Shown here: in pieces, positions 1 to 30,850 of the stretch | How the letters are laid out: the number at the start of each line of letters is the position of its first letter | Position numbering within the stretch: position 1 is the first letter of the stretch | Notes under the pieces: model-generated | The model's input: the letters and a program-made list of their open reading frames with translations, nothing else | What the model was told of the DNA's origin: nothing | Databases searched by the model: none | Assembly (NCBI GenBank): GCA_030141605.1 | Contig: JAQGDQ010000602.1 | Location: forward strand, 1-64,000 | Direction of reading: 5' to 3' | Source: Tubiluchus corallicola | Taxonomy: Eukaryota; Animalia; Priapulida | DNA: 64,000 nt | Translations under genes and position numbers: made by a program

Positions 1-724
1 GCTCCGACAAGCATGTACTCATGTGATCAGTATGCAAATGCTCCGACAAGCATGTACTCATGTGGTCAATATGAAAATGCTCTGACAAGCATGTACTCAT
101 GTGGTCAATATGAAAATGCTCTGACAAGCATGTACTCATGTGGTCAATATGAAAATGCTCCGACAAGCGTATACTCACGTGGTCAATATGAAAATGCTCC
201 GACAAGCATGTACTCATGTGGTCAATATGAAAATGCTCTGACAAGCATGTACTCATGTGGTCAATATGAAAATGCTCTGACAAGCATGTACTCATGTGGT
301 CAATATGAAAATGCTCCGACAAGCATGTACTCATGTGATCAGTATGCAAATGCTCCGACAAGCATGTACTCATGCGATCAGCATGCAAATGCTCCGACAA
401 GCATGTACTCATGTGATCAATATGAAAATGCTCTGACAAGCATGTACTCATGTGGTCAATATGAAAATGCTCTGACAAGCATGTACTCATGTGGTCAATA
501 TGAAAATGCTCTGACAAGCATGTACTCATGTGGTCAATATGAAAATGCTCCGACAAGCATGTACTCACGTGATCAGTATGAAAATGCTCCGACAAGCATG
601 TACTCACGTGATCAATATGAAAATGCTCTGACAAGCATGTACTCATGTGATCAATATGAAAATGCTCTGACAAGCATGTACTCATGTGGTCAATATGAAA
701 ATGCTCTGACAAGCATGTACTCAC

Positions 725-17816
<17,092 letters not shown>

Positions 17817-18475
17817 CTTTAATTATTATTTTACTCATGGAAACGACTAATACGGCTTCAACGGTTTCCTTAATGACGGGAATCAGCAGAACGGCAATTG
17901 TCCGTGGAAACCGGATGATGAAAGAGACTGCGGAGGCTGGGTAACCTGGGTAACAATCTCACCATTAATTCTGTGACAATAGCAACCTGAAAACATATAC
18001 AATCTGATAATTATTCTACTTAGTAACGTCACGGACGGACTTAGTATAGTCACAGACTAAGTCGATACGTGCAGCAAAATACATTTTTCAATAAATCTGT
18101 TAAGTGTAAAACTAGTTCCTCAACTCAACACCAAGATGAAACTGCCCCTTCAAAAATACACTAAATGAAGAAACGCAGTTTGAATCCAGGACAAGCAAAC
18201 TGGATCAGTTCCAGTAGCACATAGTCAAACAATCTCATGAATCAGCGCACTTGACCATGGTCAAACAATCTCATGAATCAGCGCACTTGGCCACACTTGA
18301 CCATATCTAACCATTTACAAACAAGGAGTAAAAAAACTAAAAGCGACCAAGATGGCAGGTGCCGGGAAGTTCTAAATCATAATGAAATTTATTGAAAAAA
18401 TGGCGGCAGCAACAAATTGAAATAATTACTAAAAGTTTTTGGACAACTTTTTTAGCACTTAATGGATGAAAAAAC

Positions 18476-19142
18476 AGGTACCTGAAGTAGGTTTCAGATA
18501 AATCACTTTTACAATATTATTTTACTTTATAGCAATTTTATGCGTACGTTGTACTCGTGTTAAAAGGATTTTTTGTTTGTTTTCATTTTAAATTTCCCGC
18601 AACACTGTTCCGACGGCGCCATTACATGACGTCATACACGCACAACGTAAATCAGGGACAGGAAAGGAAATGTTAAATTATGTCCCAAAAAACCTTCCAT
18701 GCAAATCTATATCACTTAGATTTTCGCTTACCTGCTTGAAAGACATGTAGCTAGAAAAGAAAATTATTAATTATTTAAAATGTTTTCACCTATTATGTCA
18801 TTGACTCACCCTCCAGGGAGCACCACTCACTAAACAAAATATGTATTTTTAATCTTATTGACAAGATGTAATAATTTAAAATTTGAGTTAGTTAGTAGCG
18901 TGTGCACTACAAATGCTCTGATTAGTTTTTCAAACTTTACTCAGAGTTATCTAAACTTGTTTCAAATGACTTATCGTCAAAATGGCCGTGCCTAATGGTC
19001 ATATAGTGGGAGTTTAAATTTACAGGTTTTACACAGCGTTACTGATGCTGCGAGCCCTGTATGCAAAAAGGCAGTAAGTGACGTAAAATTTCAAGACGAA
19101 TTTTTTAAGCTTCAAGCAAGTGGAGGGTTTTCTTGTGCTTTA
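18476..19142 (+). mobile_element. About 660-bp dispersed repeat, probably a non-autonomous transposon; second copy at 32196-32850
   Basis: Colinear alignment by eye: GGTACCTGAAGT.., ACTTTATAGCAATTTTA, GACTCACCCTCCAGGG..CACCACTCAC, CTGTATGCAAAAAGG. Termini not resolved. Confidence 0.75.
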
Positions 19143-19419
19143 CTGGCAGTGTCTATTAAATGTAGATGGAATGATTGATTACTGTTAGTGAGAAGGATGG
19201 GATCTCATTAAGAAAAATAATTCTCTAACACCGGATGAGCAGAGATGAATTCTGAGCAGCTGAGGAAAATACGTCGTCTCTCAACGATGCAAACAGGTGG
19301 CAGGTCAAATGAAATCGCCCAGAAGAAGTACCGAACCAGCCACCACCCCTCAATTTACTGACATGAATCACACTGCTTAACTTTGGTCGCTAAACACACG
19401 TCGTGACGACTAATCTACT

Positions 19420-19742
19420 TCTTCTTCTTCCCAGTTTTTCCCTATTCGGGGTCGCCGTTGTGAATGAGTCTTCTCCACGCATTCCTGTTGTTGACCATCT
19501 CTTCATTTATGTCTTCCCTTCCCACATGATCTTCACCGACTCTTCTTTTCAGGTGTCCATACCATCGCAACCTTGCGAGGCTTCCACTACTTTTACTGTT
19601 CCTCTGATATTATTATTTCTAATTTTATCTCTTCTTGTTATTCCCACCATCCATCTCAACATCCTCATCTCCACCACACCCATTTTCTTTTCTTCGGTCT
19701 TCTTTAGAGAACCTGCTTCCAGCCCATAGATTAGAGCGGGTC
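19420..19742 (-). mobile_element. 5'-truncated RTE-clade LINE with (GAA)n tail and a 16-bp TSD
   Basis: RPALIYGLEAGSLKKTEEKKMGVVEMRMLRWMVGITRRDKIRN is typical of the RTE ORF C-terminus. Perfect TSD TGACGACTAATCTACT at 19404-19419 and 19743-19758. Confidence 0.88.
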
Positions 19743-20799
19743 TGACGACTAATCTACTCATTTCTCAAATATCAGAATAATTAGATTACAAGTTTTAATT
19801 TCAAGGCACGAGTTGAGCGACTTACAGCAACAACTGCCCGTATTAATTATTAAAATTTAATTGCAAAACGGTAAATTGCAACTAATGATATAAGTCGCCC
19901 AAGTACCAACACATTAATAAATGATTCAGATCAATCTACTCATTACTAAATTATTAAAATCAATCAACTCCAGCCATTAGCAGTAAGTAACAAGCCACAA
20001 TGGACCTAATTACACATGAATAACATGGAAAAGTATTTAGCTCTGCCAGTAATGATAAATGTTTCTAACCCAAGTGAACTGTGCAGCAATTCTCACCGCC
20101 ACACTTAATGATAATAGAGAAATTAAATCTTTCTTCAATTTGTGGTTACCTAGCAACCGCTTCCTCTTTCTTAAAATCACTTTAGGCGCCCTAAAGTGGA
20201 GTGAGAATTAATCAATACTTCACAGTTACTAAGTCTGTGATTTATAGCGGGCCATAAATAATTCTCACATCGTAAATACTGGAAAAATCTGAATGAATTT
20301 AAACAACGACTCATAAAATGCACATCATACGCTGCGTATCAAATTCGAAATTCAAACCAACTTCCTGGTACAGAATTCCACAGAGAAGAAGCCAGAGTGA
20401 AGAAACTGGCTTTATTAAGTAGCTGTTTAAGACAGTGCAAATAACCACTTGCAGCAATGATGACAACTTCTTAATTTTCTTACAGATTTAATCTAAATTT
20501 TAGTGATTAAATACTGATGTAAACGGTGCTGTTTATTCAATGTCAGTAGCTGCCAAACGTGCATTAGATTGTGTGTAAAGTGATGACATCTACTGTCGAG
20601 AAAGAAGAAGCAATATAAGTTGATTACCTTTTAAACGAAGTTTTGCTGATTAAATATTTTTACTCGGTCGATAACTGATTTGGTAAGTGGTATATACATA
20701 ATGTCAACAATTGGCAAATGTGCGTTTTGAGTGGTAGCAATCACGGCAAACTCGTTTCTTAGACGTTCGATTAGCAAACCTGACAACCTGCACACTCTC

Positions 20800-21615
20800 C
20801 ATCAACACATCAAGTGTGCACTTGCCCTTATGCTCCTGCAAACAGTTGTAGAACGTTCCGGACAATCCGCACACTATCCGTCAATACACGAAGTGTGCAC
20901 TTGCCCTTTTGCTCTTAGCGAACAGTTGTGGAAAGTTCCGGACAATCCGCACACTATCCGTCAATACACGAAGTGTGCACTTGCCCTTATGCTCTTAGCG
21001 AACAGTTGTGGAAGGTTCCGGACAATCCGCACACTATCCGTCTATAAACGAGGTGTGCACTTGCCCTTATGTTCTTAGCGAACAGTTGTGGAAGGTTCCG
21101 GACAATCCGCACACTATCCGTCAATAAACGAAGTGTGCACTTGCCCTTATGTTCTTAGCGAACAGTTGTGGAAGGTTCCGGGCAATCCGCACACTATCCG
21201 TCAATACATGATGTGTGCACTTGCCCTTATGCTCTTAGCAAACAGTTGTGAAAGGTTCCGGACAATCCGCACACTATCCGTCAATAAACGAAGTGTGCAC
21301 TTGCCCTTATGTTCTTAGCGAACAGTTGTGGAAGGTTCCGGGCAATCCGCACACTATCCGTCAATACATGATGTGTGCACTTGCCCTTATGCTCTTAGCG
21401 AACAGTTGTGGAAGGTTCTGGACAATCCACACACTATCCATCAACACATGAAGTGTGCACTTGCCCTTATGCTCTTAGCGAACAGTTGTGGAAGGTTCTG
21501 GACAATCCGCACACTATCCATCAACACATGAAGTGTGCACTTGCCCTTATGCTCTTAGCGAACAGTTGTGGCCGGTTTCAGACGCACAGCATCTGTCAAT
21601 GCACGAAGCTTGTAT
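20800..21615. repeat. 80-bp minisatellite (about 10 copies)
   Basis: Unit ..GTGTGCACTTGCCCTTATGCTCTTAGCGAACAGTTGTGGAAGGTTCCGGACAATCCGCACACTATCCGTCAATACACGAA. Confidence 0.95.
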
Positions 21616-21880
21616 TTGCACTTATGCTCACGGTAACATGTTCACTGCGTCACAGGGATTAAACTGTGAATTAACATACTGGTACAAAGTATGAATTTCA
21701 CATCTTCATAAGATGCAATTAAACACTGCGTCTTCAAATTGTAACTCTAACTACAAGTGATGGAATTATAAAATAAAAGATTTTATTGTGTACGTGCTAA
21801 ATGGCCATCAATCTTATATACATGCTTATTATTTTTATTTTATTTAAGTGGTAGAATATTTGTTATAGAATAGAAATATG

Positions 21881-22250
21881 TATAATATAATATAATATAA
21901 TATAATATAATATAATATAATATAATATAATATAATATAATATAATATAATATAATATAATATAATATAATATAATATAATATAATATAATATAATATAA
22001 TATAATATAATATAATATAATATATAATATAATATAATATAATATAATATAATATAATATAATATAATATAATATAATATAATATAATATAATATAATAT
22101 AATATAATATAATATAATATAACATAACATAACATAATAACATAACATATATAACATAACATAACATAACATAACATAACATAACATAACATAACACAAC
22201 ACAACACAACACAACACAACACAACAAAACATAACATAGTATAATATAAT
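21881..22250. repeat. Compound pentanucleotide microsatellite (ATAAT)n, then (ATAAC)n, then (ACAAC)n
   Basis: Direct inspection. Confidence 0.97.
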
Positions 22251-22478
22251 AAATATATATAAGAATATTAGAATATAAATTATTAGGTTATAGATGTTTG
22301 TTTGTGTTTATTTGTAAATAATATTTATAATTTGTGTGTGATTATATGTGTTAGAACATACACATTGAGTGTGAAATCAAAAGTTAAATTAAAAAAATTA
22401 AAGTTCGTTGTTTAAAACACATTTACTTTGCAAAAAAATGCACTTATCTCTAATAATGAACTAAAGAAATTCACTTAC

Positions 22479-22800
22479 CTCTCTCTCTCAACTTTTAAAA
22501 ACCAACAATCAAATGATCAGTTTTTTGTCGAATGACACTTTGGAAATAGAATGGTAATTTTTACAATAAAACCACAACAGCCAAGAAAAGCGAAACTTCG
22601 AAGCAAAAAAAACCCTTCAATTCTAAACCGCTTTACAGTCCAGCATCTACTAGCCACTCTCACAGACACGAGACACACACTCCATCAACTGCAGGCGCTG
22701 TGACTCTAGTCTTTACCACGGCGCGCCGGCAACCCACTGAGGGAAACAGCAATGTCTGTCGTGACGTCATACAGGGCTTCAGTTAAATTCCTCGGGCAAC
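22479..22800 (-). promoter_or_regulatory. Candidate alternative promoter and 5' UTR exon of the RhoGEF gene
   Basis: Perfect donor AG|GTAAGT at 22479/22478, a GC-rich patch (CACGGCGCGCCGGC) and a full CRE palindrome TGACGTCA at 22762-22769. Confidence 0.3.
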
Positions 22801-22825
22801 TCGTTACGCAACACTGAAAGATTCA

Positions 22826-23957
22826 CTAATGCGTTTTAAATGCAATCCACCTAATAAGACCAGTCAAGTGATAAATCTGAGACACTACGTGGAAAGTGTG
22901 TGCATTATTGATCAGTTGATGCGTTTTAAATGCAATCCACCTAATAAGACCAGTCAAGTGATAAATCAGAGACACTACGTGGAAAGTGTGCGCATTATTG
23001 ATCATTTGATGCGTTTTCAATGCAATCCACCTAATAAGACCAGTCAAGTGATAAATCAGAGACACTACGTGGAAAGTGTGCGCATTATTGATCATTTGAT
23101 GCGTTTTAGATGCAATCCACCTAATAAGACCAGTCAAGTGATAAATCAGGCACACTACATGGAAAGTGTGCGCATCATTGATCATTTGATGCGTTTTAAA
23201 TGCAATCCACCTAATAAGACCAGTCAAGTGATAAATCAGAGATACTACGTGGAAAGTGTGCGCATTATTGATCATTTGATGCGTTTTAAATGCAATCCAC
23301 CTAATAAGACCAGTCAAGTGATAAATCAGAGATACTACGTGGAAAGTGTGCGCATTAATGATCATTTGATGCATTTTAAATGCAATCCACCTAATAAGGC
23401 CAGTAGTGATCAGGCTCTGAGTGTGCGCATTATTGATCATTTGATGCGTTTTAATGCAATCCACCTAATAAGACCAGTCAAGTGATATTGTGAGTGTGGC
23501 ATTATTGATCATTGATGCGTTTTAATGCAATCCACCTAATAAGACCAGTCAAGTGATAAATCAGGCACACTACATGGAAAGTGTGCGCATCATTGATCAT
23601 TTGATGCGTTTTAAATGCAATCCACCTAATAAGACCAGTCAAGTGATAAATCAGAGATACTACGTGGAAAGTGTGCGCATTAATGATCATTTGATGCGTT
23701 TTAAATGCAATCCACCTAATAAGACCAGTCAAGTGATAAATCAGAGATACTACGTGGAAAGTGTGCGCATTATTGATCATTTGATGCATTTTAAATGCAA
23801 TCCACCTAATAAGGCCAGTCAAGTGACAAATCAGACACACTAAGTAGAAAGTATGCGCATTATTGATCATTTGATGCATTTTAAATGCAATCCACCTAAT
23901 AAGGCCAGTCAAGTGATAAATCATACACACTACGTAGAAAGTGTGCGCATGATTGAT
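22826..23957. repeat. 90-bp minisatellite (about 12-13 copies)
   Basis: GCGTTTTAAATGCAATCCACCTAATAAGACCAGTCAAGTG recurs every 90 bp; two internal units carry deletions. Confidence 0.95.
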
Positions 23958-25234
23958 TACATATCTACATATTTAATTCGGTAAAACTTGTGTTGATAAT
24001 TTTGCTTTCTACGTTAACTAAGCACGTGGGACCACGCTTCGTGAAACCATGAGCTACAGAAAAATGTCTATTCTTACCCCTCCAGAGCATGTACCTCTTT
24101 CACAGGAGGCAAGCAGACCAACTCAGCTAAGAAAAACAGAGCTGTAATAACATCAACAGCCACAGGGGCCGCTGAGAAAATGACTGACAAGTTTGGTATG
24201 CAGAAAAATTCCAGGAAATGTTCCAGTAAAAAATACTGAACGTCGACGCATTCACATGGATGGAATCACAGACATTTGTCTTAATGGAATAGAAACAATT
24301 AAGCAGCTTTCAATTGCAACGTTCATCGAGAGTAGAAGCAACTGGACAACAAACTTTCCAGTCAGTTTTTGATAGAGCTTGATAAATAAAGTCCGTGTAC
24401 AATTTTTTCTCTCGAGTCTCTTATCTGTGGAATTACGTACCAGGAATAAGAACATCAGCGGATTGCCTTTATCACTAACAAGTTAATTATACTGATCCTG
24501 TTTGTCTCAACATGTTCGACATCATTTTTATTCTAGCCACCCCCACCCCCACCCCCACCATTTTTATTGTAGCCACTTACCTAGAGTGAACAATTGACCA
24601 TTGGTCTTGTTTGGCAATTTGTAAAAAAGGAAAAAGAAAGCAAACCAAATGGAAATCTTTTGAGACAAAAAAGGCAGGCATAACGACAAAGCTTAGTTCG
24701 CTTACAGTTTGAGGCCTAATATAAGAGCAGCTGTGAAAGCTTTGCAAAGCCTCGTATGAATAACTTAGTAATTGCAACAAGATCCAACACGTCTCTTCAT
24801 TGACGAGTGCAAAGGTCTATTCACACGTATAGGCAGGATTTCAATTAGTGCACACGACTATGAATAGAGGAAAGATATAATTAGACATGGTCAAACATAC
24901 GACAGAAATTCAGACTGAAGCGTATACATGACAGAAATAAGTCATTCAAACATGACAGGCTGTCAATACTGGGTGCAAAATGGGAATACAAGAAAGACAG
25001 ACATTTTTATTTGTCTCCTCATTTACACCAGAATACAAGTAGACTATTATTGTTATATTTATTAATTAAAAAGGATAAATTATGCATAAAGGAAAGAGTT
25101 AGGGGGGGGTGTGCAGGAGAAAGGGTAGCAAAAGACCAACTGGTCATCAAGTCAGCTACCTTTAAAGACTAAATTAATAAATTTTATGAATATAGGGGGA
25201 CAGTTGAGTGATCATGACTTGATCATCTGGCTTA

Positions 25235-25452
25235 CGGACAACTAATCATCCAGCTTAAGCAACACTGAATTTGGACAGTAAACTGATTGATGAGTGCCAG
25301 AAGTTATGCCAACACTGAGTCAGGATAGTAAATTGATTGGCGTCTGCAGGGATTTGCTTTTGAATGATTTGGGTTTTGTATTTGGGGTGCTTAACGATCC
25401 AAGTTAAGCAAGATCGAGTCTGGATAGTAAACTGATAGGTGACCGCCAGGAA
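25235..25452 (+). mobile_element. Three degenerate 5S-rRNA-derived segments (SINE3-like heads)
   Basis: AAGTTAAGCAAGATCGAGTCTGGATAGTAAACTGATAGGTGACCGCCAGG resembles the 5S internal control region (AAGCTAAGCAGGGTCGGGCCTGGTTAGTACTTGGATGGGAGACCGCCTGG). Weaker reverse-strand relatives lie near 6620-6830 and 19335-19415. Confidence 0.55.
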
Positions 25453-25880
25453 AATTACTTTTGAATGGTTATACCTGCCATGCTGCGCTGATGCTATTCA
25501 TTTGTTCATTGTAGGACGATTGTTGTTGCATTAACAACCGAACGCTTGCTAAAATACAAACACTCGAACATTATCCTAGATAACTGGTTAGGCTCCAGTC
25601 ACACCACAACCATATAAGTAAAAATCCTGCTAAATGAATATTCCAGCTTGGCTTACACAGTACCAAATTCCATAAAAATGTGTAGATTAACATAAACTGA
25701 TCACTGCAAAAACAACCTGGATGCTACATTTCAGTTCAACGGTTTGGACAAGATGAACCAAAATTTTCGTAAGAGTGAAATTTACTGCAAATAGTTTTAT
25801 GTCCTGCGTGTAAAATATTTTAGGAGACACAAAGCAAAAGAAGGGTTACTGATGTATCCTAAGAAAACGCATAACCCGTA

Positions 25881-28800
25881 TGTAGGGCGCCGAGTACGCC
25901 ACTAGCCGAAGTAGGACACTTCGGTTGCGGAAAAGCAGTGTCGTACATGGGCAGCCCAAGTAGGGCGCGTCGTACATGGGCAGCCCAAGTAGGACACTGG
26001 CGATTTCTGTCAAAAATCGATAATTATGACATAACGAAACGTAAAATTAAATTTGTTTTAGAAAAAAGTAACTTTATAATAATGACGGATTATCCTTGAC
26101 AATTTAAAAATGTACTTCTTACAATGATATCATCATTATTATGAGCTCCATTAATATCATCATAACATTAAACTAGGTTTCTAATGCTTTAAAGAGAGAA
26201 GGTATGTAGGACACACAGCCCGTTTACTTAGTAAAAAATAATTATTTGTCCAAGAGGGAGTGAAAAGAATCACCTATCTGTGAAGCGAGACAAATTAATT
26301 TACCTTAAGCAAATGTTGGAATTACCTAAAAAGCGGGCTTGTTTCACTTCAAAAACATTAATATCGAAGCCAAATTTAATATTTGCCATTCTATTAGCTC
26401 AGAATAAGATTATTTTATTTTATCAGACGTATAATAAATTATTCAACGTGTTTTAACGTTTTCTATTATTATTATTAAATAAACAATGACAGCTAACGCT
26501 ACCTGCACGGTTATCGACTCAATTCGTGACCGGTCTCTAGTGTCTACTTGTGCAGCCCATGTACGATGCACCCTACTTGGGCAGCCCATGTACGAGGCGC
26601 CCTACTTGTGCAGCCCATGTACGAGGCGCCCTACTTGTCCAGCCCATGTACGACGCGCCCTACTTGGGCAGCCCATGTACGATGCACCCTACTTGGGCAG
26701 CCCATGTACGAGGCGCCCTACTTGTGCAGCCCATGTACGACGCGCCCTACTTGTGCAGCCCATGTACGAGGCGCCCTACTTGAGCAGCCCATGTACGATG
26801 CACCCTACTTGAGCAGCCCATGTACGAGGCGCCCTACTTGGGCAGCCCATGTACGACGCGCCCTACTTGAGCAGTCCATGTACGACGCGCCCTACTTGGG
26901 CAGCCCATGTACGATGCGCCCTACTTGGGCAGCCCATGTACGATGCGCCCTACTTGGGCAGCCCATGTACGATGCACCCTACTTGAGCAGCCCATGTACG
27001 AGGCGCCCTACTTGGGCAGCCCATGTACGAGGCGCCCTACTTGGGCAGCCCATGTACGACGCGCCCTACTTGAGCAGTCCATGTGCGACGCGCCCTACTT
27101 GGGCAGCCCATGTACGATGCGCCCTACTTGGGCAGCCCATGTACGATGCGCCCTATTTGGGCAGCCCATGTACGATGCACCCTACTTGAGCAGCCCATGT
27201 ACGACGCGCCCTACTTGAGCAGCCCATGTACGAGGCGCCCTACTTGGGCAGCCCATGTACGACGCGCCCTACTTGAGCAGTCCATGTACGACGCGCCCTA
27301 CTTGGGCAGCCCATGTACGATGCGCCCTACTTGGGCAGCCCATGTACGATGCGCCCTATTTGGGCAGCCCATGTACGATGCACCCTACTTGAGCAGCCCA
27401 TGTACGACGCGCCCTACTTGAGCAGCCCATGTACGAGGCGCCCTACTTGGGCAGCCCATGTACGACGCGCCCTACTTGAGCAGTCCATGTGCGACGCGCC
27501 CTACTTGGGCAGCCCATGTACGATGCGCCCTACTTGGGCAGCCCATGTACGATGCGCCCTATTTGGGCAGCCCATGTACGATGCGCCCTACTTGAGCAGC
27601 CCATGTACGACGCGCCCTACTTGAGCAGCCCATGTACGAGGCGCCCTACTTGGGCAGCCCATGTACGACGCGCCCTACTTGTGCAGCCCATGTACGACGC
27701 GCCCTACTTGGGCAGCCCATGTACGATGCGCCCTACTTGGGCAGCCCATGTACGATGCGCCCTACTTGGGCAGCCCATGTACGATGCACCCTACTTGAGC
27801 AGCCCATGTACGACGCGCCCTACTTGAGCAGCCCATGTACGAGGCGCCCTACTTGGGCAGCCCATGTACGACGCGCCCTACTTGAGCAGTCCATGTGCGA
27901 CGCGCCCTACTTGGGCAGCCCATGTACGATGCGCCCTACTTGGGCAGCCCATGTACGATGCGCCCTATTTGGGCAGCCCATGTACGATGCGCCCTATTTG
28001 GGCAGCCCATGTACGAAGCGCCCTACTTGTGCAGCCCATGTACGATGCGCCCTACTTGGGCAGCCCATGTACGATGCGCCCTACTTGTGCAGCCCATGTA
28101 CGAGGCGCCCTACTTGGGCAGCCCATGTACGATGCACCCTACTTGTGCAGCCCATGTACGAGGCGCCCTACTTGTGCAGCCCATGTACGACGCGCCCTAC
28201 TTGTGCAGCCCATGTACGATGCAACCTACTTGTGCAGCCCATGTACGACGCGCCCTACTTGTGCAGCCCATGTACGAGGCGCCCTACTTGTGCAGCCCAT
28301 GTACGAGGCGCCCTACTTGTGCAGCCCATGTACGAGGCGCCCTACTTGGGCAGCCCATGTACGACGCGCCCTACTTGTGCAGCCCATGTACGAGGCGCCC
28401 TACTTGTGCAGCCCATGTACGACGCGCCCTACTTGTGCAGCCCATGTACGATGCACCCTACTTGGGCAGCCCATGTACGAGGCGCCCTACTTGTGCAGCC
28501 CATGTACGATGCGCCCTACTTGTGCAGCCCATGTACGACACGCCCTACTTGGGCAGCCCATGTACGATGCGTCCTACTTGTCCAGCCCATGTACGACGCG
28601 CCCTACTTGGGCAGCCCATGTACGACGCGCCCTACTTGGGCAGCCCATGTACGACGCGCCCTACTTGGGCAGCCCATGTACGATGCGTCCTACTTGGGCA
28701 GCCCATGTACGAAGCGCCCTACTTGAGCAGCCCATGTACGATGCACCCTACTTGGGCAGCCCATGTACGATGCACCCTACTTGGGCAGCCCATGTACGAG

Positions 28801-29353
28801 GCGCCCTACTTGAGCAGCCCATGTACGACGCGCCCTACTTGAACAGCCCATGTACGACGCGCCCTACTTGAACAGCCCATGTACGACGCGCCCTACTTGT
28901 GCAGCCCATGTACAAGGCGCCCTACTTGGGCAGCCCATGTACGATGCACCCTACTTGAGCAGCCCATGTACGATGCACCCTACTTGGGCAGCCCATGTAC
29001 GATGCACCCTACTTGGGCAGCCCATGTACGAGGCGCCCTACTTGAGCAGCCCATGTACGACGCGCCCTACTTGAACAGCCCATGTATGACGCGCCCTACT
29101 TGTGCAGCCCATGTACGAGGCGCCCTACTTGGGCAGCCCATGTACGATGCACCCTACTTGGGCAGCCCATGTACGATGCACCCTACTTGGGCAGCCCATG
29201 TACGATGCACCCTACTTGGGCAGCCCATGTACGATGCACCCTACTTGTGCAGCCCATGTACGACGCGCCCTACTTGGGCAGCCCATGTACGAAGCCCCCT
29301 ACTTGGGCTAGCTCATGTTGTCCTTCGACTAGTGTCCTACTCCGCTCCCAACA
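25881..29353. mobile_element. Non-autonomous TIR transposon (TGT..ACA ends, 31-bp imperfect TIRs, about 5-bp TSD) containing a 2.76-kb array of a 29-bp repeat
   Basis: Left TIR TGTAGGGCGCCGAGTACGCCACTAGCCGAAG versus reverse complement of the right end TGTTGGGAGCGGAGTAGGACACTAGTCGAAG (25/31). Flanks are CCGTA and CCATA. Two inverted copies of the 29-mer sit at about 25940-25998. Confidence 0.78.
26548..29308. repeat. 29-bp GC-rich tandem array (about 95 units) with 203/406-bp higher-order periodicity
   Basis: Unit GCAGCCCATGTACGACGCGCCCTACTTGG. The variant AGTCCATGTGCGAC recurs at 406-bp spacing. Confidence 0.97.
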
Positions 29354-30072
29354 CCATAGACATAACTTCTACGAGTAATCAAACTCGTGTCGAAAGAAAC
29401 GTATCTAAATGCATAAATTTGTAAAGTGACAACCGTAATGATCGCTTAATTGCAAAGGAATGATCAAAACAAATCATTTCTCCATCACAATAATACGAAA
29501 AACCCAAACTTAGAATAAACAAAACAAGGCTCCAAGTCATCCATGAACATTTGAAGTGAAGCAGTATTTAAGCCACCAGAATGTTTGCAAAACAAGGTTC
29601 AGTTCTGATATCAAAATTTTATCTAAACGTAAACGTTCTGAACGTAAATCCCTCTAATTACAGGGTAATCTGACAAAAATTTAATCACGACAGTATAAAA
29701 ACTTTAAAAACAGCGTCAAAACGACACCTGAAGTATGAGGTGAGGTCAGTACATCGTGTGTGAATCTTACCTAAAGAAAAAAGTACCTTCAGTGATTTTA
29801 ATAACTTGATTTAAACCCTTGTACCAACGTTCGTATCTAAGCACGTTAACACTACACCAAAGGAAATGTAATACAGTCATACCAGTGCACCGTGTAACAC
29901 AATTCTCTCAATGTATACAGTTGTTAGAGGCCTACTTCCTGTTATTAGAGTGTCAGTGATAAGAAAATAAATTACTTTAAGAGAAAATTGCTTCTAGAGA
30001 AGTAAATAAATACCGTAGATAATAACACGTGTGCAGAATGAAATGGTTTACATTTAAATAAATTAAATCGGG

Positions 30073-30509
30073 CTGTTACTGTTGTTGCTGCTCTTGTTCT
30101 TGTTCTTGTCGTTGCTGTAGCTGCTATTGTTGTTGCTGTTGTTGTTCTTGCTGTTGTTGCTGTTGTTGTTGCTCTTGTTGTTCTTGCTGTTGTTGTTGTT
30201 GCTCTTGCTGCTGCAGCTGCTATTGTTGTTACTGTTGTTGTTCTTGCTGTTCTTCTTGTTGTTGCTGTTCTTGTTGTTGTAGTTGTTGTTGTTGCTGCTG
30301 CTGCTATTTCTGCTGTTCTTGCTGTTGTTGTTGCTGCTGCTGCTGCTGCTATTTATGCTGTTGTTGCTTTCGCTGTTGTTGTTGCTGCTGTTGCTGTTGT
30401 TGTTGTTGTTGGTTGTTGTTGCTGCTATTTCTGCTGTTCTTGCTGCTGCTGCTGCTATTTATGCTGTTGTTGCTTTTGCTGTTGTTGTTGCTGCTGTTGC
30501 TGTTCTTCC

Positions 30510-30540
<31 letters not shown>

Positions 30541-30850
30541 GCTGCTATTTCTGCTGTTCTTGCTGTTCTTCCTGTTGTTGTTGTTGTTGGTTGTTGTTGC
30601 TGCTATTTCTGCTGTTCTTGCTGCTGCTGCTGCTATTTATGCTGTTGTTGTTGCTGTTCTTGCTGTTCTTCCTGTTGTTGTTGTTGGTTGTTGCTGCTGC
30701 TATTTCTGCTGTTCTTGCTGCTGCTGCTGCTGCTGCTGCTGCTATTTATGCTGTTGTTGCTTTTGCTGTTCTTGCTGTTGCTGCTGCTGTTCTTGCTGTT
30801 GTTGTTGTAGGTTGTTGTTGCTGCTGCTGCTGCCGTTCTTGCTGTTGTGT
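30073..30850. repeat. Degenerate (GTT/GCT)n trinucleotide repeat
   Basis: Direct inspection. Gives the poly-L/V/C/Q pseudo-ORFs. Confidence 0.95.

Noticed and set aside
26548-29308. CRISPR array (29-bp repeats)
   Set aside because: Units are head-to-tail with no unique spacers, there are no cas genes, and the context is intron-containing eukaryotic DNA. The same applies to the other arrays.
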